A DNA stretch of 64,000 nt from an uncultured Hyphomicrobiales bacterium (GTDB taxonomy: Bacteria > Bacteroidota > Ignavibacteria > Kapaibacteriales > UBA2268). The stretch is taken from assembly GCA_964509335.1 (NCBI GenBank), contig CAZDXB010000005.1, positions 16,926 through 80,925 of the forward strand, in the 5' to 3' direction. The stretch's first letter is position 1, and each line of letters opens with the position of its first letter. Shown one piece after another: positions 40,301 to 49,122 of the stretch. A program made the position numbers and the translations under genes. The notes beneath the pieces are model-generated. The model made no database searches. It was not told the DNA's origin and was given only the letters and a program-made list of their open reading frames with translations.

Positions 40301-41599
40301 TTGGAATTTTTTATATTTGCCGTTTCTAATACTACTTAATATCCCTCCGTCAACTCGATTGTCTCCGCCGGGGGCGCATATATCAATATTTTTCCCGTAA
40401 TTCGAATAATAAGCTCTTTTGTCGTTAGACGCTACTGACGCGACGCTTACCACTCCAAGATACCCCGCGGGATAGAACGTTTCGGGACTGTTGTCGTTGC
40501 CGGCGGCGCAAATTACGATTGAGCCTAAACTGTTTGCGTATTCTATAGCTTCCGCGTTTGCTTGCGAGTATCCGCCGCCGCCCCAACTACAATTTATCAC
40601 GTGGCAGCCCATTTCCGCAAGATAAACGATTCCTTCGTATCCTCTTTTTAAATAATTGAATTGCGGCGAAGAATGCGAAGTCGGAAGAAACTTTACGTTC
40701 CAGCTTATCGAGGCGATTCCTTTTCCGTTGTTAGTTGCTCCGGCGGATATTCCCGCTACGTGCGTTCCGTGATTGTTATAGTCCTCGGGATTGTTGCCTT
40801 GAGTGTCTTGGTCGAAATTTTCCAAAAAATCCCATCCGATAAAATCATCCACGTAGCCGTTGCCGTCGTCGTCAATTCCGTTTTCGTCGTCGGGGTCGAA
40901 TATCCATTTGTTGTTTTCTTCGTCGTATTCCAATACTTTTCCGTCGCCGTCGGCGTCTTCTCCTAAGTTTCGCCACAAATTATCGAATAAATCTGGGTGG
41001 TCCCACTCCGTCCCGGTATCGCTAACGCCGACAATTATTGTTTCGGAAGAATTTTCGCCTTTGAACTCGCTCCACGTTTCCTCGGCGAGCATTTGCGGCA
41101 AATGCTGTTCTTGCGAATACAGTGAGTCGTCGGGAACGTCGAAAGGTTTATCGATAGGCACATACTCGGCGTATTCGACGTTCGGATTGGAGTTTAAAGC
41201 GCGTAAAGCGGCGTAGGAGTTAGCCCCTTCGACTAACTCAACGCGAAAGATACGCGATAAATCCGGTATTTCGGCGTCCGATTGTATTCTCTCCTTTATT
41301 TTCTGCGGCAAGTTTTCTCTTTGTCGAAAGGCTTTATTAATTTTCGAAGCCTTGTATTTGCGCAATAAATTGTCCACTGAAGCTACGCCAAGTTTATCGA
41401 AAGCGCCCTGAGCCTTATCGCTCTTGATTGGGTTCAGCGAAGCGCTCTCGGATATTTTTACGTAAATCTGATTTTGATAATAGAGAGGAGCGCCCTCGTC
41501 GTCGTAGAATTTATTTTGCTTTTGCGGTATTTCTATTCGAGCTTCTAAAGTAGCTAGAGTTATGAACGCAACCATTAAAGTCAAAGCTATCTTTTTCAA
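37391..41599 (-). CDS. Secreted S8 subtilase with PKD, LamG, 2x Ig and T9SS C-terminal domains
   Basis: Catalytic triad SDTG / HGTHVAG / GTSMASP; WDFQSDG PKD; FTVEAWIYP LamG; YQWYKD Ig; PNPF..GAYLL C-terminus. TTG 41599 follows a GGAG SD. Confidence 0.93.
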   Translation of the reverse strand: MKKIALTLMVAFITLATLEARIEIPQKQNKFYDDEGAPLYYQNQIYVKISESASLNPIKSDKAQGAFDKLGVASVDNLLRKYKASKINKAFRQRENLPQKIKERIQSDAEIPDLSRIFRVELVEGANSYAALRALNSNPNVEYAEYVPIDKPFDVPDDSLYSQEQHLPQMLAEETWSEFKGENSSETIIVGVSDTGTEWDHPDLFDNLWRNLGEDADGDGKVLEYDEENNKWIFDPDDENGIDDDGNGYVDDFIGWDFLENFDQDTQGNNPEDYNNHGTHVAGISAGATNNGKGIASISWNVKFLPTSHSSPQFNYLKRGYEGIVYLAEMGCHVINCSWGGGGYSQANAEAIEYANSLGSIVICAAGNDNSPETFYPAGYLGVVSVASVASNDKRAYYSNYGKNIDICAPGGDNRVDGGILSSIRNGKYKKFQGTSMASPAAAGVFALLKARFPHWGNDLIIRQILGNADDIDSLNPDYVNDLGMGRVNPYKALTENTPDIPKKLKLDLITVYADDSLANNNKAIEPGEKIRLGFLIRNFDQITTSNSVEFTLKSLDPDIDIIEDKHTQKIEADAFNELPSNFVIEIDSTSKSKYANLYLTVKSKDADITFGSQMEFKVPIAAGGVLVWEEYPEAPGYSGDFIRDFLEDQGVGVLYSNTYPISMVGFDAVFLSCGTLSSGMPFTRTNDWNAEKIIDYLRSGGKLYYESADGIGFDQAENEELLELLGLDSAKDGSDTKQPGSLVGKQGTITEGLQYQGLDIWQVRSIDKLYPGEGKAAFEEPGYATVAVQNEGSYGQKSFVFTYPVSALIDQAPLNTRYELVKRIMDFFGLPMEYTVARMSFEPNTGHALLSVDFQEISYTSIPITERRWDFQSDGEFDSDEKNTTHSYEEPGDYTINMEVENGITTQTAEGDAYVFDGESAMSYENYETVIVEDSTLNIDSAFTVEAWIYPKGRGRGNYGRIMDKRFINLFLNDNHSYRFRIYRDRSRTEVRTANETVKYNEWQHIAVAFDGDSTVKMFLNGVEQELNIINDQGSGLIRNNENQDLHIGNRWVYDQAFSGKIDEARLWDKARSSEEIQSSLFEELNGNEENLIAYWQFDEGNGATSADISGNNRECNVHALWRQGWRPGRIQKQPESKSSCEDDSVMFSVSVVETEENVNYQWYKDQEPLENGDRIIGADSIALLIKDLKFTDLGEYHFEVKNIGAGKSEYSEKANLTVIMKPTIELQPEEETALEYGSTLNLSLTADGGGELGYQWYKDGEEIEGANSDEYIKEDVSAADSGDYYCKVMNECGSVMSDTAYVYTALTVDDYAIYGFKAECAPNPFTDKTTIKLTVESKQSTKISLYDILGAFKADVHEGELRAGECIFEIDGQKLNLSKGAYLLVISGEGRKFTKLLIFY

Positions 41600-41802
41600 T
41601 TTCTTTCTCCTAATTATTGTCCAAAGCATTAATGAAAGTTAATAAAATTCTCGTAATAATAAAATATTGGGCTGTCGAAAAGTTTACATAAGACCGAATT
41701 TTTGATTTCCCCGCCTGCGCTTTCATAAAATATATTTAGCGAAAAGTTAGAAATTTTTTAACTTTAGCAACGATTATAATGCTAAAAGGCAAATTTACAA
41801 AT

Positions 41803-43632
41803 ATGAAATTCATAATAACGATAATATTGTTTTTAATAACCGCTACGGCGGCTATGGCCCAGAAGGAAACCGAAATATGGTATTTCGGCGAATATTGCGG
41901 TCTGGACTTTAGCTCGGGCGCTCCCGTAGCTCTTTCCGACGGACAAATTAACACGTCCGAAGGTTGCGCGGTTCAATCCGATAGGAACGGCGAATTGTTG
42001 TTCTACACCGACGGCGTCTCCGTTTGGAACAGATTGCACGAAAGAACGCCGAACGGAACCAATCTGGACGGGCATAGTTCATCTACTCAATCCGCCGCTA
42101 TAGTTCCATTCCCCGGAGCCGACAGCTTGTATTTTATTTTCACTTCCGACGATAAATTCAACGCTGGCGGGGTCAAATATACTTTGTTCGATTTAAGTCT
42201 CGACGGCGGTTTCGGAGACATTGTGGATACGGCAAAGAACGTCGAATTGTTCGCTCCGGCGGCGGAAAAATTATGCGTCGTTCAAGCCGCCGACTGCTCA
42301 GGCTATTGGGTAATAACCCACGAATGGAACAGCGACGCCTTCAGAGCTTACAAAGTCGGCGTTAACGGCGTCGATACTTCTCCCGTTATCAGCAATGTCG
42401 GCGTAGTTTACGAAGGCTCGGACCATAACAAAAAAGGATATTTAAAAACTAACGCCGAAGGGACAAAATTAGCCGCCGCCTCCGGCTATACTTCCACATA
42501 CGAAGTTTTCGACTTCAATTCTTACACCGGCGAAATATCAAACCCGACAACTATAAGCTTATCCGATTTCGAGGCTTACGGGGTTGAGTTTTCGCCGGAC
42601 GGCTCTAAGCTCTACGCCGCGGCAAACACGACTTTGATTTGGTGGTGGTACGAAAACAGATTGTTCCAATTCGATTTGGAGGCGGGGAGCCAAGACGAAA
42701 TAATAAATTCCAGAACGACGATAGCCGAACAGGAAAACGACGAACAATTCGGCGCGATGCAATTGGGACCGGACGACAAGATTTACGTCGCTCGCGAAGG
42801 GAAAAACTCTTTGGGCGCAATAAACGCGCCTAACGAAAGCGGCGACGCCTGCGATTACGCGCAAAACGGCGCCGATTTAGGCGGCGGAGCTTGCGTTTGG
42901 GGATTGCCGAATTTTATGGCGAGCTATTATTACAACAAATGCCTAATAAAATTTCCGGACACAACCGCCAAGGTAGGCTCTAAGGATTTCGTCGTCGAGT
43001 TAAGCGCCGAGCTAAGCTGTCCGACTTCCGGCTCCGCCAAATTCTCTTACGAAGCGAAATTGCGTTTCGACGCTCATATTTTTTATTTCAGAAAAATTGA
43101 AAACTGCTCGCTTCACAATTTATCTATAGACGGCGGCGGATGGGTGGAACTTGAAGTATCCGACACGAACCGAACGGCGGGCGACAGCGCTATTGTTCTC
43201 GCGAAAATATACGGCGATATATTATTGGGAACAGAAAGCGATACGACCCCGCTGCTGATAACCGATTTTAAGATAACCGAAGGGGACTATGAAATAGAAA
43301 AAGCCGACGGAGTTATTGAAACTTTCGGCGTGTGCCAACCGGATTTGCGCAAAATCAAAACGACGGGAACCGAAGAAACGACGTTAAACCCAAATCCAGT
43401 AAAAGACATATGCGAAGTGAAAATCAGAGATATGAATAGAGGAAACTATTCGCTAACAATAACCGACGAGCGCGGCGTCGCAATCAAAACAGTAAAGTGG
43501 GAAAACGGAGAATATTTCGAACCGATAAAAAAAGTAAGAGTAAATTTCGAGACCTACTCGAGCGGTCTGTATTTTATAACTTTGAGAACGCCGTTCAAAG
43601 TCTTCGTAGAGAAAGTCGTTCATATTAAGTAA
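41803..43632 (+). CDS. Secreted beta-propeller protein with cohesin-like domain and T9SS C-terminal domain
   Basis: WYFG..GLDF, EGCA..D..GELLFYTDG, YGVEFSPDGSKLY, MQLGPDDKIY; then IKFPDTTAKVG..LRFDAHIF..LAKIYGDILLG; PNP..SGLYFI. ATG 41779 is an alternative start. Confidence 0.8.
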   Translation: MKFIITIILFLITATAAMAQKETEIWYFGEYCGLDFSSGAPVALSDGQINTSEGCAVQSDRNGELLFYTDGVSVWNRLHERTPNGTNLDGHSSSTQSAAIVPFPGADSLYFIFTSDDKFNAGGVKYTLFDLSLDGGFGDIVDTAKNVELFAPAAEKLCVVQAADCSGYWVITHEWNSDAFRAYKVGVNGVDTSPVISNVGVVYEGSDHNKKGYLKTNAEGTKLAAASGYTSTYEVFDFNSYTGEISNPTTISLSDFEAYGVEFSPDGSKLYAAANTTLIWWWYENRLFQFDLEAGSQDEIINSRTTIAEQENDEQFGAMQLGPDDKIYVAREGKNSLGAINAPNESGDACDYAQNGADLGGGACVWGLPNFMASYYYNKCLIKFPDTTAKVGSKDFVVELSAELSCPTSGSAKFSYEAKLRFDAHIFYFRKIENCSLHNLSIDGGGWVELEVSDTNRTAGDSAIVLAKIYGDILLGTESDTTPLLITDFKITEGDYEIEKADGVIETFGVCQPDLRKIKTTGTEETTLNPNPVKDICEVKIRDMNRGNYSLTITDERGVAIKTVKWENGEYFEPIKKVRVNFETYSSGLYFITLRTPFKVFVEKVVHIK

Positions 43633-43714
43633 TATAGTCCGGTTTCTTTTATTTTTCTCTAATCAAATTTTATTTATCTTGCGAATTTTAAAATTAACTA
43701 ACGACAAATAATTA

Positions 43715-44488
43715 ATGAGAAAGATAACGCTCGGCATATTCGCGCTACTACACATAGGATTTGGAACTCTTAATTTGAACTCGGCGCAGCGCGAGAACTA
43801 TACTGAAAAATTGACGACGCTAAAAGGGAAAATCGAAGAAAACTACTATACGTTTGACTCTAATAAATTGGAAAGTATTTTAAAGGAAGTTGACGAGTTA
43901 ACTTCAAAATATAACGACTCTTGGATTCCATATTACTACTCTGGTTTATTACAAATACAAATCGGCAAGATATATTATAATCCCGACCCGGACTTAGCCT
44001 ACGAATATTTCGACGAGTCCGTTAAAGATTTGCTAAAAGCTCTGGAAATACGCGAGAGCGCGGGGCTTTACGCCTTGCTCTCCTGCGCTTACGGAAAGAA
44101 GTCTTCGCTCTCTACGTTCGCCGCGTTTTATTACGGATTAAAAGCGCGCGACTATATATACGAAGCTCGCGATTTAGACGCGAAAAATCCGAAAGTATAT
44201 TTAATCGCCGCGACGCATCTTATGCACGCTCCCGAGAGCTTCGGCGGCGACAAAGACTGGGCGGAGAGGCTCTTGAAAAAAGCGTTAGAAATCAACGATA
44301 AACAACGCTCCCCTCGCTTGATAAAATGGGCGGCAGATTCCGAAATTTACGCTTATCTCGCTCAATTGGAAATACTGCGCGCGAACAAAGCTTCCGCGGA
44401 AAAATATATGGAAAAAGCCTTGAGCCTTCAACCGGATTACGGCTTCGTCAAATACGACTTAAAAGAGCAGTTGAGGAAAATAAAGTAG
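43715..44488 (+). CDS. Exported TPR-like helical protein
   Basis: Signal-like N-terminus; helical repeats; PESFGGD..A..L.KAL; KALSLQPDY. Confidence 0.7.
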   Translation: MRKITLGIFALLHIGFGTLNLNSAQRENYTEKLTTLKGKIEENYYTFDSNKLESILKEVDELTSKYNDSWIPYYYSGLLQIQIGKIYYNPDPDLAYEYFDESVKDLLKALEIRESAGLYALLSCAYGKKSSLSTFAAFYYGLKARDYIYEARDLDAKNPKVYLIAATHLMHAPESFGGDKDWAERLLKKALEINDKQRSPRLIKWAADSEIYAYLAQLEILRANKASAEKYMEKALSLQPDYGFVKYDLKEQLRKIK

Positions 44489-44543
44489 CTTTTTCTGAAA
44501 ACAACTCATCCCGACACACCGGCGATAGAACACATTCAGCCGC

Positions 44544-44719
44544 GCTCTGCAAGACAAAGAAAGATAATCGACGCGGAGCGTCTCTTTATGCGTTCCGTCG
44601 CGGGAGCGGAGGGAACGAGTTGAAGAAGATTTCTCGTGTAATCTCCGACCGAAATCGGAGTTTCGTTTCTAATAGACGAAAGGATGTTCAAAACGTAGGG
44701 GCGGGGAATACCGCGCCCC
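44544..44719. repeat. Composite REP-like cluster, inverted counterpart of 21410-21571
   Basis: GACGCGGAGCGTCTCTTTATGCGTTCCGTCGCGGGAGCGGAGGGAACGA (44570-44618); CCGAAATCGGAGTTTCG; GTAGGGGCGGGGAATACCGCGCCCC (44695-44719). Confidence 0.8.
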
Positions 44720-44737
44720 AGAAATATTTATGCCTCC

Positions 44738-45574
44738 TTATGGTTCAAGAAAAATTTCGGGAACTGCGGCGTCGGTTATTGTTAAATTTATCAGTTTATC
44801 ATTACCGTCGTTATAATATTTTTCATTTAGGCGCGCTCTATAAAAGTCGAACATCAGCGCGCCGCTATCCGGAATGCCGTAATTTGATAGTTCGCCGGCT
44901 TCAAAAGTATAGCCGCCGTTATCCGGAAAAGTTAGTCCGTCGAAGAAATCTGTTTCCGTTGTTGTATCGGAGCTAAAATAAGACCAATGAAAACATAAAT
45001 AAATATCTCCGTCGCCGCTTTGTTGATTCCAAGTTACAGTTACAGGTTGACTTAAAGATATAGTGTCGCTTCCTATCGTTATCGGCCTTAACGTTTTACA
45101 TAAATTAATTGTATCTCTAACCGTTTCGCCAATATCAGTCTTAAATTCCCAATACAATTGGTCTTCGTACGAGAATGAATTTTCGCTTACCCAATCGTCG
45201 GGCTCGACGAATCGAGAGGGACATTTGTCCGTTAGCGATAAATTGATATTATTAACTTTGCAATATTCAATAGAGTTTGGGTATTTGAAAAAAGCCGCGA
45301 CGTCCGTTAGCGTATTTGAGTTGGGCATTTCACCGTTGCCTGTATGTTCGGAAACAATTCTTGATAATAGAACGCAGTCGGCGTCGTCTAAAATATCGTC
45401 GTCAAATATTTTTGAAAACGCTCCGTTCGAAAAAACGTTTATGTAAGAAGGGATATCTACGTTCCCATCTGGAGTTTGCTTAACGGAGCTATCTTCGTTG
45501 CAACTCCAGAACAATAACGAATAAAGCAAAACGTATAAAAACGGCTTTTTGAAATCATATTTGAAACTTATCAT
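44738..45574 (-). CDS. Hypothetical lipoprotein
   Basis: LLFWSC lipobox-like motif followed by acidic NED. Confidence 0.75.
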   Translation of the reverse strand: MISFKYDFKKPFLYVLLYSLLFWSCNEDSSVKQTPDGNVDIPSYINVFSNGAFSKIFDDDILDDADCVLLSRIVSEHTGNGEMPNSNTLTDVAAFFKYPNSIEYCKVNNINLSLTDKCPSRFVEPDDWVSENSFSYEDQLYWEFKTDIGETVRDTINLCKTLRPITIGSDTISLSQPVTVTWNQQSGDGDIYLCFHWSYFSSDTTTETDFFDGLTFPDNGGYTFEAGELSNYGIPDSGALMFDFYRARLNEKYYNDGNDKLINLTITDAAVPEIFLEP

Positions 45575-45633
45575 TTTTAATCACTCTTTATAAATCTTAA
45601 AAAACATTCAACATATTTATAAAAAACAAATAG

Positions 45634-45711
45634 TTAATTGTCTTCGCAACAAGCATCACAGCCGGTAAGTAAAACTGTAGTTAAAATAAGAAATAATTTA
45701 AAATTTTTTAT
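45634..45711 (-). pseudogene. Lipoprotein signal-peptide remnant or micro-ORF (I)KNFKLFLILTTVLLTGCDACCEDN*
   Basis: Basic n-region, hydrophobic core and LTGC lipobox, but begins at ATA with an in-frame stop just upstream. Confidence 0.4.
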
Positions 45712-45792
45712 ATTTTCTCTTTAAATACGAATTTATTTATTAACTAATTTAGTATGATAAAATTTCCAACAAAAAACAAATATATTTTTTGT

Positions 45793-45967
45793 CTCTAATT
45801 CCGAAATTGGAATTTGGGAACGAGGATTATACCCCGTGAAAAATCACTAGCTCCGTCCTTCAGCGCGGAGGCGGATTTTTTAATACCTATTTCCCCTGAA
45901 CTGATGTTCGGGGCTATTGAATAAAATTCGATTTTACCTCCTTCCCAAATTTTGATTTGGGAATGAG
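45793..45967. repeat. REP-like cluster including an inverted REP pair
   Basis: TTCCGAAATTGGAATTTGGGAA and CTCCTTCCCAAATTTTGATTTGGGAATGAG flank TAGCTCCGTCCTTCAGCGCGGAG (45848) ... CCCCTGAACTGATGTTCGGGGCTA (45893-45916). Confidence 0.85.
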
Positions 45968-45976
45968 AATAAACGG

Positions 45977-47098
45977 CTAAAATTCTTTCGCGCCTCGTCC
46001 GCTATTAACCTGTTTGTTTAAGTAAAAACCGAAGGAAAGTTGCTTTGGAGACTTTTCCCTTATTTCGGTATTTAAATTCGATAATTGAACGCCTAAAAGC
46101 CTGACGGGCTTGATAGGCTTTATGGGAACGAATAAAAGCTCCGAGGCGGCGTCGAATATTTCGTCCGTTGAGTTAATGAAATGGTTTGTCGTTCTACTTC
46201 TGGTGTTCATTTCGAAATCGAAGTATTTGATTTTTAGGGTGAGCGTTTTCCCCATCAGATTTTTTCTTTCCATTCTTTCCGCCACTTTTTCCGCTATTTC
46301 TCGTAAGGCGAAAATCATCTGTCGTTCGTCGTCCAAATCTCTTTCGAAAGTTCGCTCGGCTCCGATGGACTTTCTGATTTTAGTCGGCTGAACGGGATTG
46401 TCGTATTGATGTCTCAGCAAACCGTATAAATAAACGCCGAATTTTCCGAAATGCCTATTCAACCAGTATTTCGACCTAATCTTTATATCTCCGCCCGTCT
46501 TGATTCCCAATTCAAACATCTTCTTTTCGGTGGCTTTGCCAATCCCCGGTATTTTCTTTATCGGTAGTTTATCAATAAAATCGTCGGCTTTTTCCGGCGG
46601 TATAACGAACAATCCGTCGGGCTTGTCGTAATCGGAGGCGACTTTCGCCAAAATTTTGTTGAATGAAACGCCAGCCGAGGCGGTTAGTCTCGTTTCCGCT
46701 TTTATTTTCTTTCTTATTTCTTTAGCGATTATGGTTGCCGACGGGATATTGAATTTATTTTCAGTTACGTCCAAATATGCCTCGTCGAGAGACATCGGCT
46801 CGACTAAATCTGTGTATGATTTGAATATCCCCATTATTTGGTCGGAAATTTCCTTGTATTGATTGAACTTGGGCTTTATGAAAATCAAATTGGGGCATTT
46901 CTTAATAGCTAACGCCGAGGGCATAGCCGAATGGACGCCGTATTTTCTAGCCTCGTAGCTCGCCGCGGCGACGACTCCTCTTAGCTTATTGCCTCCGACG
47001 GCGACCGGCTTGCCGCGATACTCCGGGTGGTTCCTTTGCTCCACCGAGGCGTAAAAAGCGTCCATATCCACGTGGATTATTTTTCTAATCTCGCTCAT
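45977..47098 (-). CDS. dinB: DNA polymerase IV
   Basis: IIHVDMDAFYASVE, SYEARKYGV, SLDEAYLD, KPDG; C-terminal clamp motif QLSF. Confidence 0.97.
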   Translation of the reverse strand: MSEIRKIIHVDMDAFYASVEQRNHPEYRGKPVAVGGNKLRGVVAAASYEARKYGVHSAMPSALAIKKCPNLIFIKPKFNQYKEISDQIMGIFKSYTDLVEPMSLDEAYLDVTENKFNIPSATIIAKEIRKKIKAETRLTASAGVSFNKILAKVASDYDKPDGLFVIPPEKADDFIDKLPIKKIPGIGKATEKKMFELGIKTGGDIKIRSKYWLNRHFGKFGVYLYGLLRHQYDNPVQPTKIRKSIGAERTFERDLDDERQMIFALREIAEKVAERMERKNLMGKTLTLKIKYFDFEMNTRSRTTNHFINSTDEIFDAASELLFVPIKPIKPVRLLGVQLSNLNTEIREKSPKQLSFGFYLNKQVNSGRGAKEF

Positions 47099-47123
47099 AC
47101 AGCTTTTATATTTAGTCGCTATT

Positions 47124-49034
47124 CTATTCTTCGGCGAGAACGATGATTTTATCTTCCGCGCTTAAGACGAAGCGTTCAGATTTCGGCGGATTTAGGCGTA
47201 TTCCATAAAATTTTTCCGGGTCGTAAGCGTTTTTCGTTTTTCTGTAGCCCAAAGCTATGTCGCCTTTTTGAGCCGCCGACTCCAAAACAGTATAAAAATC
47301 CATTTCAAAGTCCGTCTTAACGTAATCGCTCGCAGGCTTAAGATATATTTCAGAGCCGGCGGTGTCGAATAAATCTTCGAAAACATAATCCAAAAATTTG
47401 TTTTCGGAGAATTGGGTCAACATTAAACTGATTAATTTATCGCTAACAATAAAATCGTCCGCTCTCGCCACCTCGGCTAACGGCTGGTTTCTTACGTCGA
47501 GCATCTCGCTGACGATGTTCATTCTTTTGTTATATTTCTCGGACATATTTCTTAGATGCAACAAACAAATCAGGGTATGAGCGTCGGCTTCCTGCGGGTC
47601 AACGCCCTCCGTGTAACTCAGAATGATTATATGGTCGAATTTATGCGCTTTGTATTTCTCTAATTCGGCTCTTTGGGTTATATTCACGTATTTGAATTTA
47701 ACCGTATGGTTGTCTAATTCTTTGTTTAATTTTTCAATTTCCTTTTCAATTCCGTCGGACTCGGCTAAAATTAAAATCTCCGAGCCTTGAGCGACGTAGT
47801 AGTCCAATTCTTTTATCGTGCGAGAGCCTTTTTCGTTCCATCCGAGAAATAGCGTTCGCTCTACCTGCTTTGGGGTCGTGGTTTTATTTCTAATCGCGTC
47901 TTCTTTTATTTTAATATCGGACATCTTTTTGCTGGATACAACAACCGTGTCGTCGTCTTCGGAAATTGCGATTATTTTGTCGCCTTCTTTGATTACGGCG
48001 TCCATCGGCGGGTTAAGCTGCACGGTTTTGTCGGAGTATTGCAATCCCATTACGACTGAATCTTCGTAGGCGAACAGAGCTTCTTTCATAGTTTTGCCGA
48101 TTAATTTCGGCTCTTTCTGAAAGTATATCTCGTCGCCGGCGTAGTCGAGCAATTCGGTGTAAACCGCGCTTAGACCCGATTCTCTGCTCGTTTGCGCCGT
48201 AACTTTAGCCACCACGTCGAAAGAAAGAACGTAAGTAACCTCGTCTTTGCCGACGACCTTTGCCGCTTCTAAGTTTTCTTCTTCCTTGATTTCCGCTACT
48301 ATATGATACTTGCCTTTTTTCCTGTTGGGATTGTTCGTTAAAGCCAAGACCGATTTGATTACGTGAGTGTCGGGGTTTTCAGTTTCGGGCGAAATAATAA
48401 TAATAGAGCGAGCGTCGTGAGGATTGACCTTTTCTATATCGGTTAAATCCAGCGGCTTGCCGGTTCGGCAGATAACCCGTGAATTTCTGAAATCCGGAAC
48501 TTTAGCTCTAATTTCGTATTCCATTTCCATTCGGTCTTTGTCGCCGAGTATAACTATGCCCAATCCGGGATGGTTTTCATTCGCTATCGTTAATTCAGAT
48601 ACAATAGTGAAAATCTTAGGCGACCATCTGATAATAAGGGAATGATTCTTTTCCAGCACCTTTGAATGCCCTTTTCGCAACTCCTCGACTTTATTTCTGA
48701 AAGCCGTGGTAACGATACCAATAAGGACGCTGACAAACATAATGCCCGTTATAGTAACGGCGAGCATAATCAGTCTAAAAGTCCAACCGGTGTCGTCGCC
48801 GAAAGTTCCGGGGTCGAGCATTCTAATAAGCGCTTGCCACATTGCCTCGATAAAGCTTAAATCCGACTGATTAGGTTGCGATATGTTGAGTATGGAAATA
48901 ACAAAGCCGACAACAAACGCCGTAGAAATTGTAACTATTCCCAACCAGCCAAGAAGTCCCACCGCTCCAGCGGAAAGGGTGTTTTCGAAAGAGTAACGGA
49001 ATTTATCGAATATGTTTGTCTTTTTCTTAGCCAT
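47124..49034 (-). CDS. CASTOR/POLLUX-related putative ion channel (copy 2)
   Basis: FRYSFEN, MLDPGTFGDD pore, LRKGHSKVLEKNH, ELLDYAGDEIYF, EDDD; colinear with copy 1. Confidence 0.9.
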   Translation of the reverse strand: MAKKKTNIFDKFRYSFENTLSAGAVGLLGWLGIVTISTAFVVGFVISILNISQPNQSDLSFIEAMWQALIRMLDPGTFGDDTGWTFRLIMLAVTITGIMFVSVLIGIVTTAFRNKVEELRKGHSKVLEKNHSLIIRWSPKIFTIVSELTIANENHPGLGIVILGDKDRMEMEYEIRAKVPDFRNSRVICRTGKPLDLTDIEKVNPHDARSIIIISPETENPDTHVIKSVLALTNNPNRKKGKYHIVAEIKEEENLEAAKVVGKDEVTYVLSFDVVAKVTAQTSRESGLSAVYTELLDYAGDEIYFQKEPKLIGKTMKEALFAYEDSVVMGLQYSDKTVQLNPPMDAVIKEGDKIIAISEDDDTVVVSSKKMSDIKIKEDAIRNKTTTPKQVERTLFLGWNEKGSRTIKELDYYVAQGSEILILAESDGIEKEIEKLNKELDNHTVKFKYVNITQRAELEKYKAHKFDHIIILSYTEGVDPQEADAHTLICLLHLRNMSEKYNKRMNIVSEMLDVRNQPLAEVARADDFIVSDKLISLMLTQFSENKFLDYVFEDLFDTAGSEIYLKPASDYVKTDFEMDFYTVLESAAQKGDIALGYRKTKNAYDPEKFYGIRLNPPKSERFVLSAEDKIIVLAEE

Positions 49035-49122
49035 TTTTGACAAAAAAATTAATGAGTTTTATTGAATATATCATACGAAATCCGCCCAAGTATTAGTTGT
49101 TTATAGTTACGTTTAATCTAAA

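Noticed and set aside
44326-44976. 216-aa ORF crossing the REP cluster
   Set aside because: Overlaps two real genes and repeat DNA; Arg-rich, non-protein-like composition.
45848-45916. IS200/IS605 element
   Set aside because: Hairpins resemble such ends but no tnpA or tnpB lies between or beside them; treated as REP-like.
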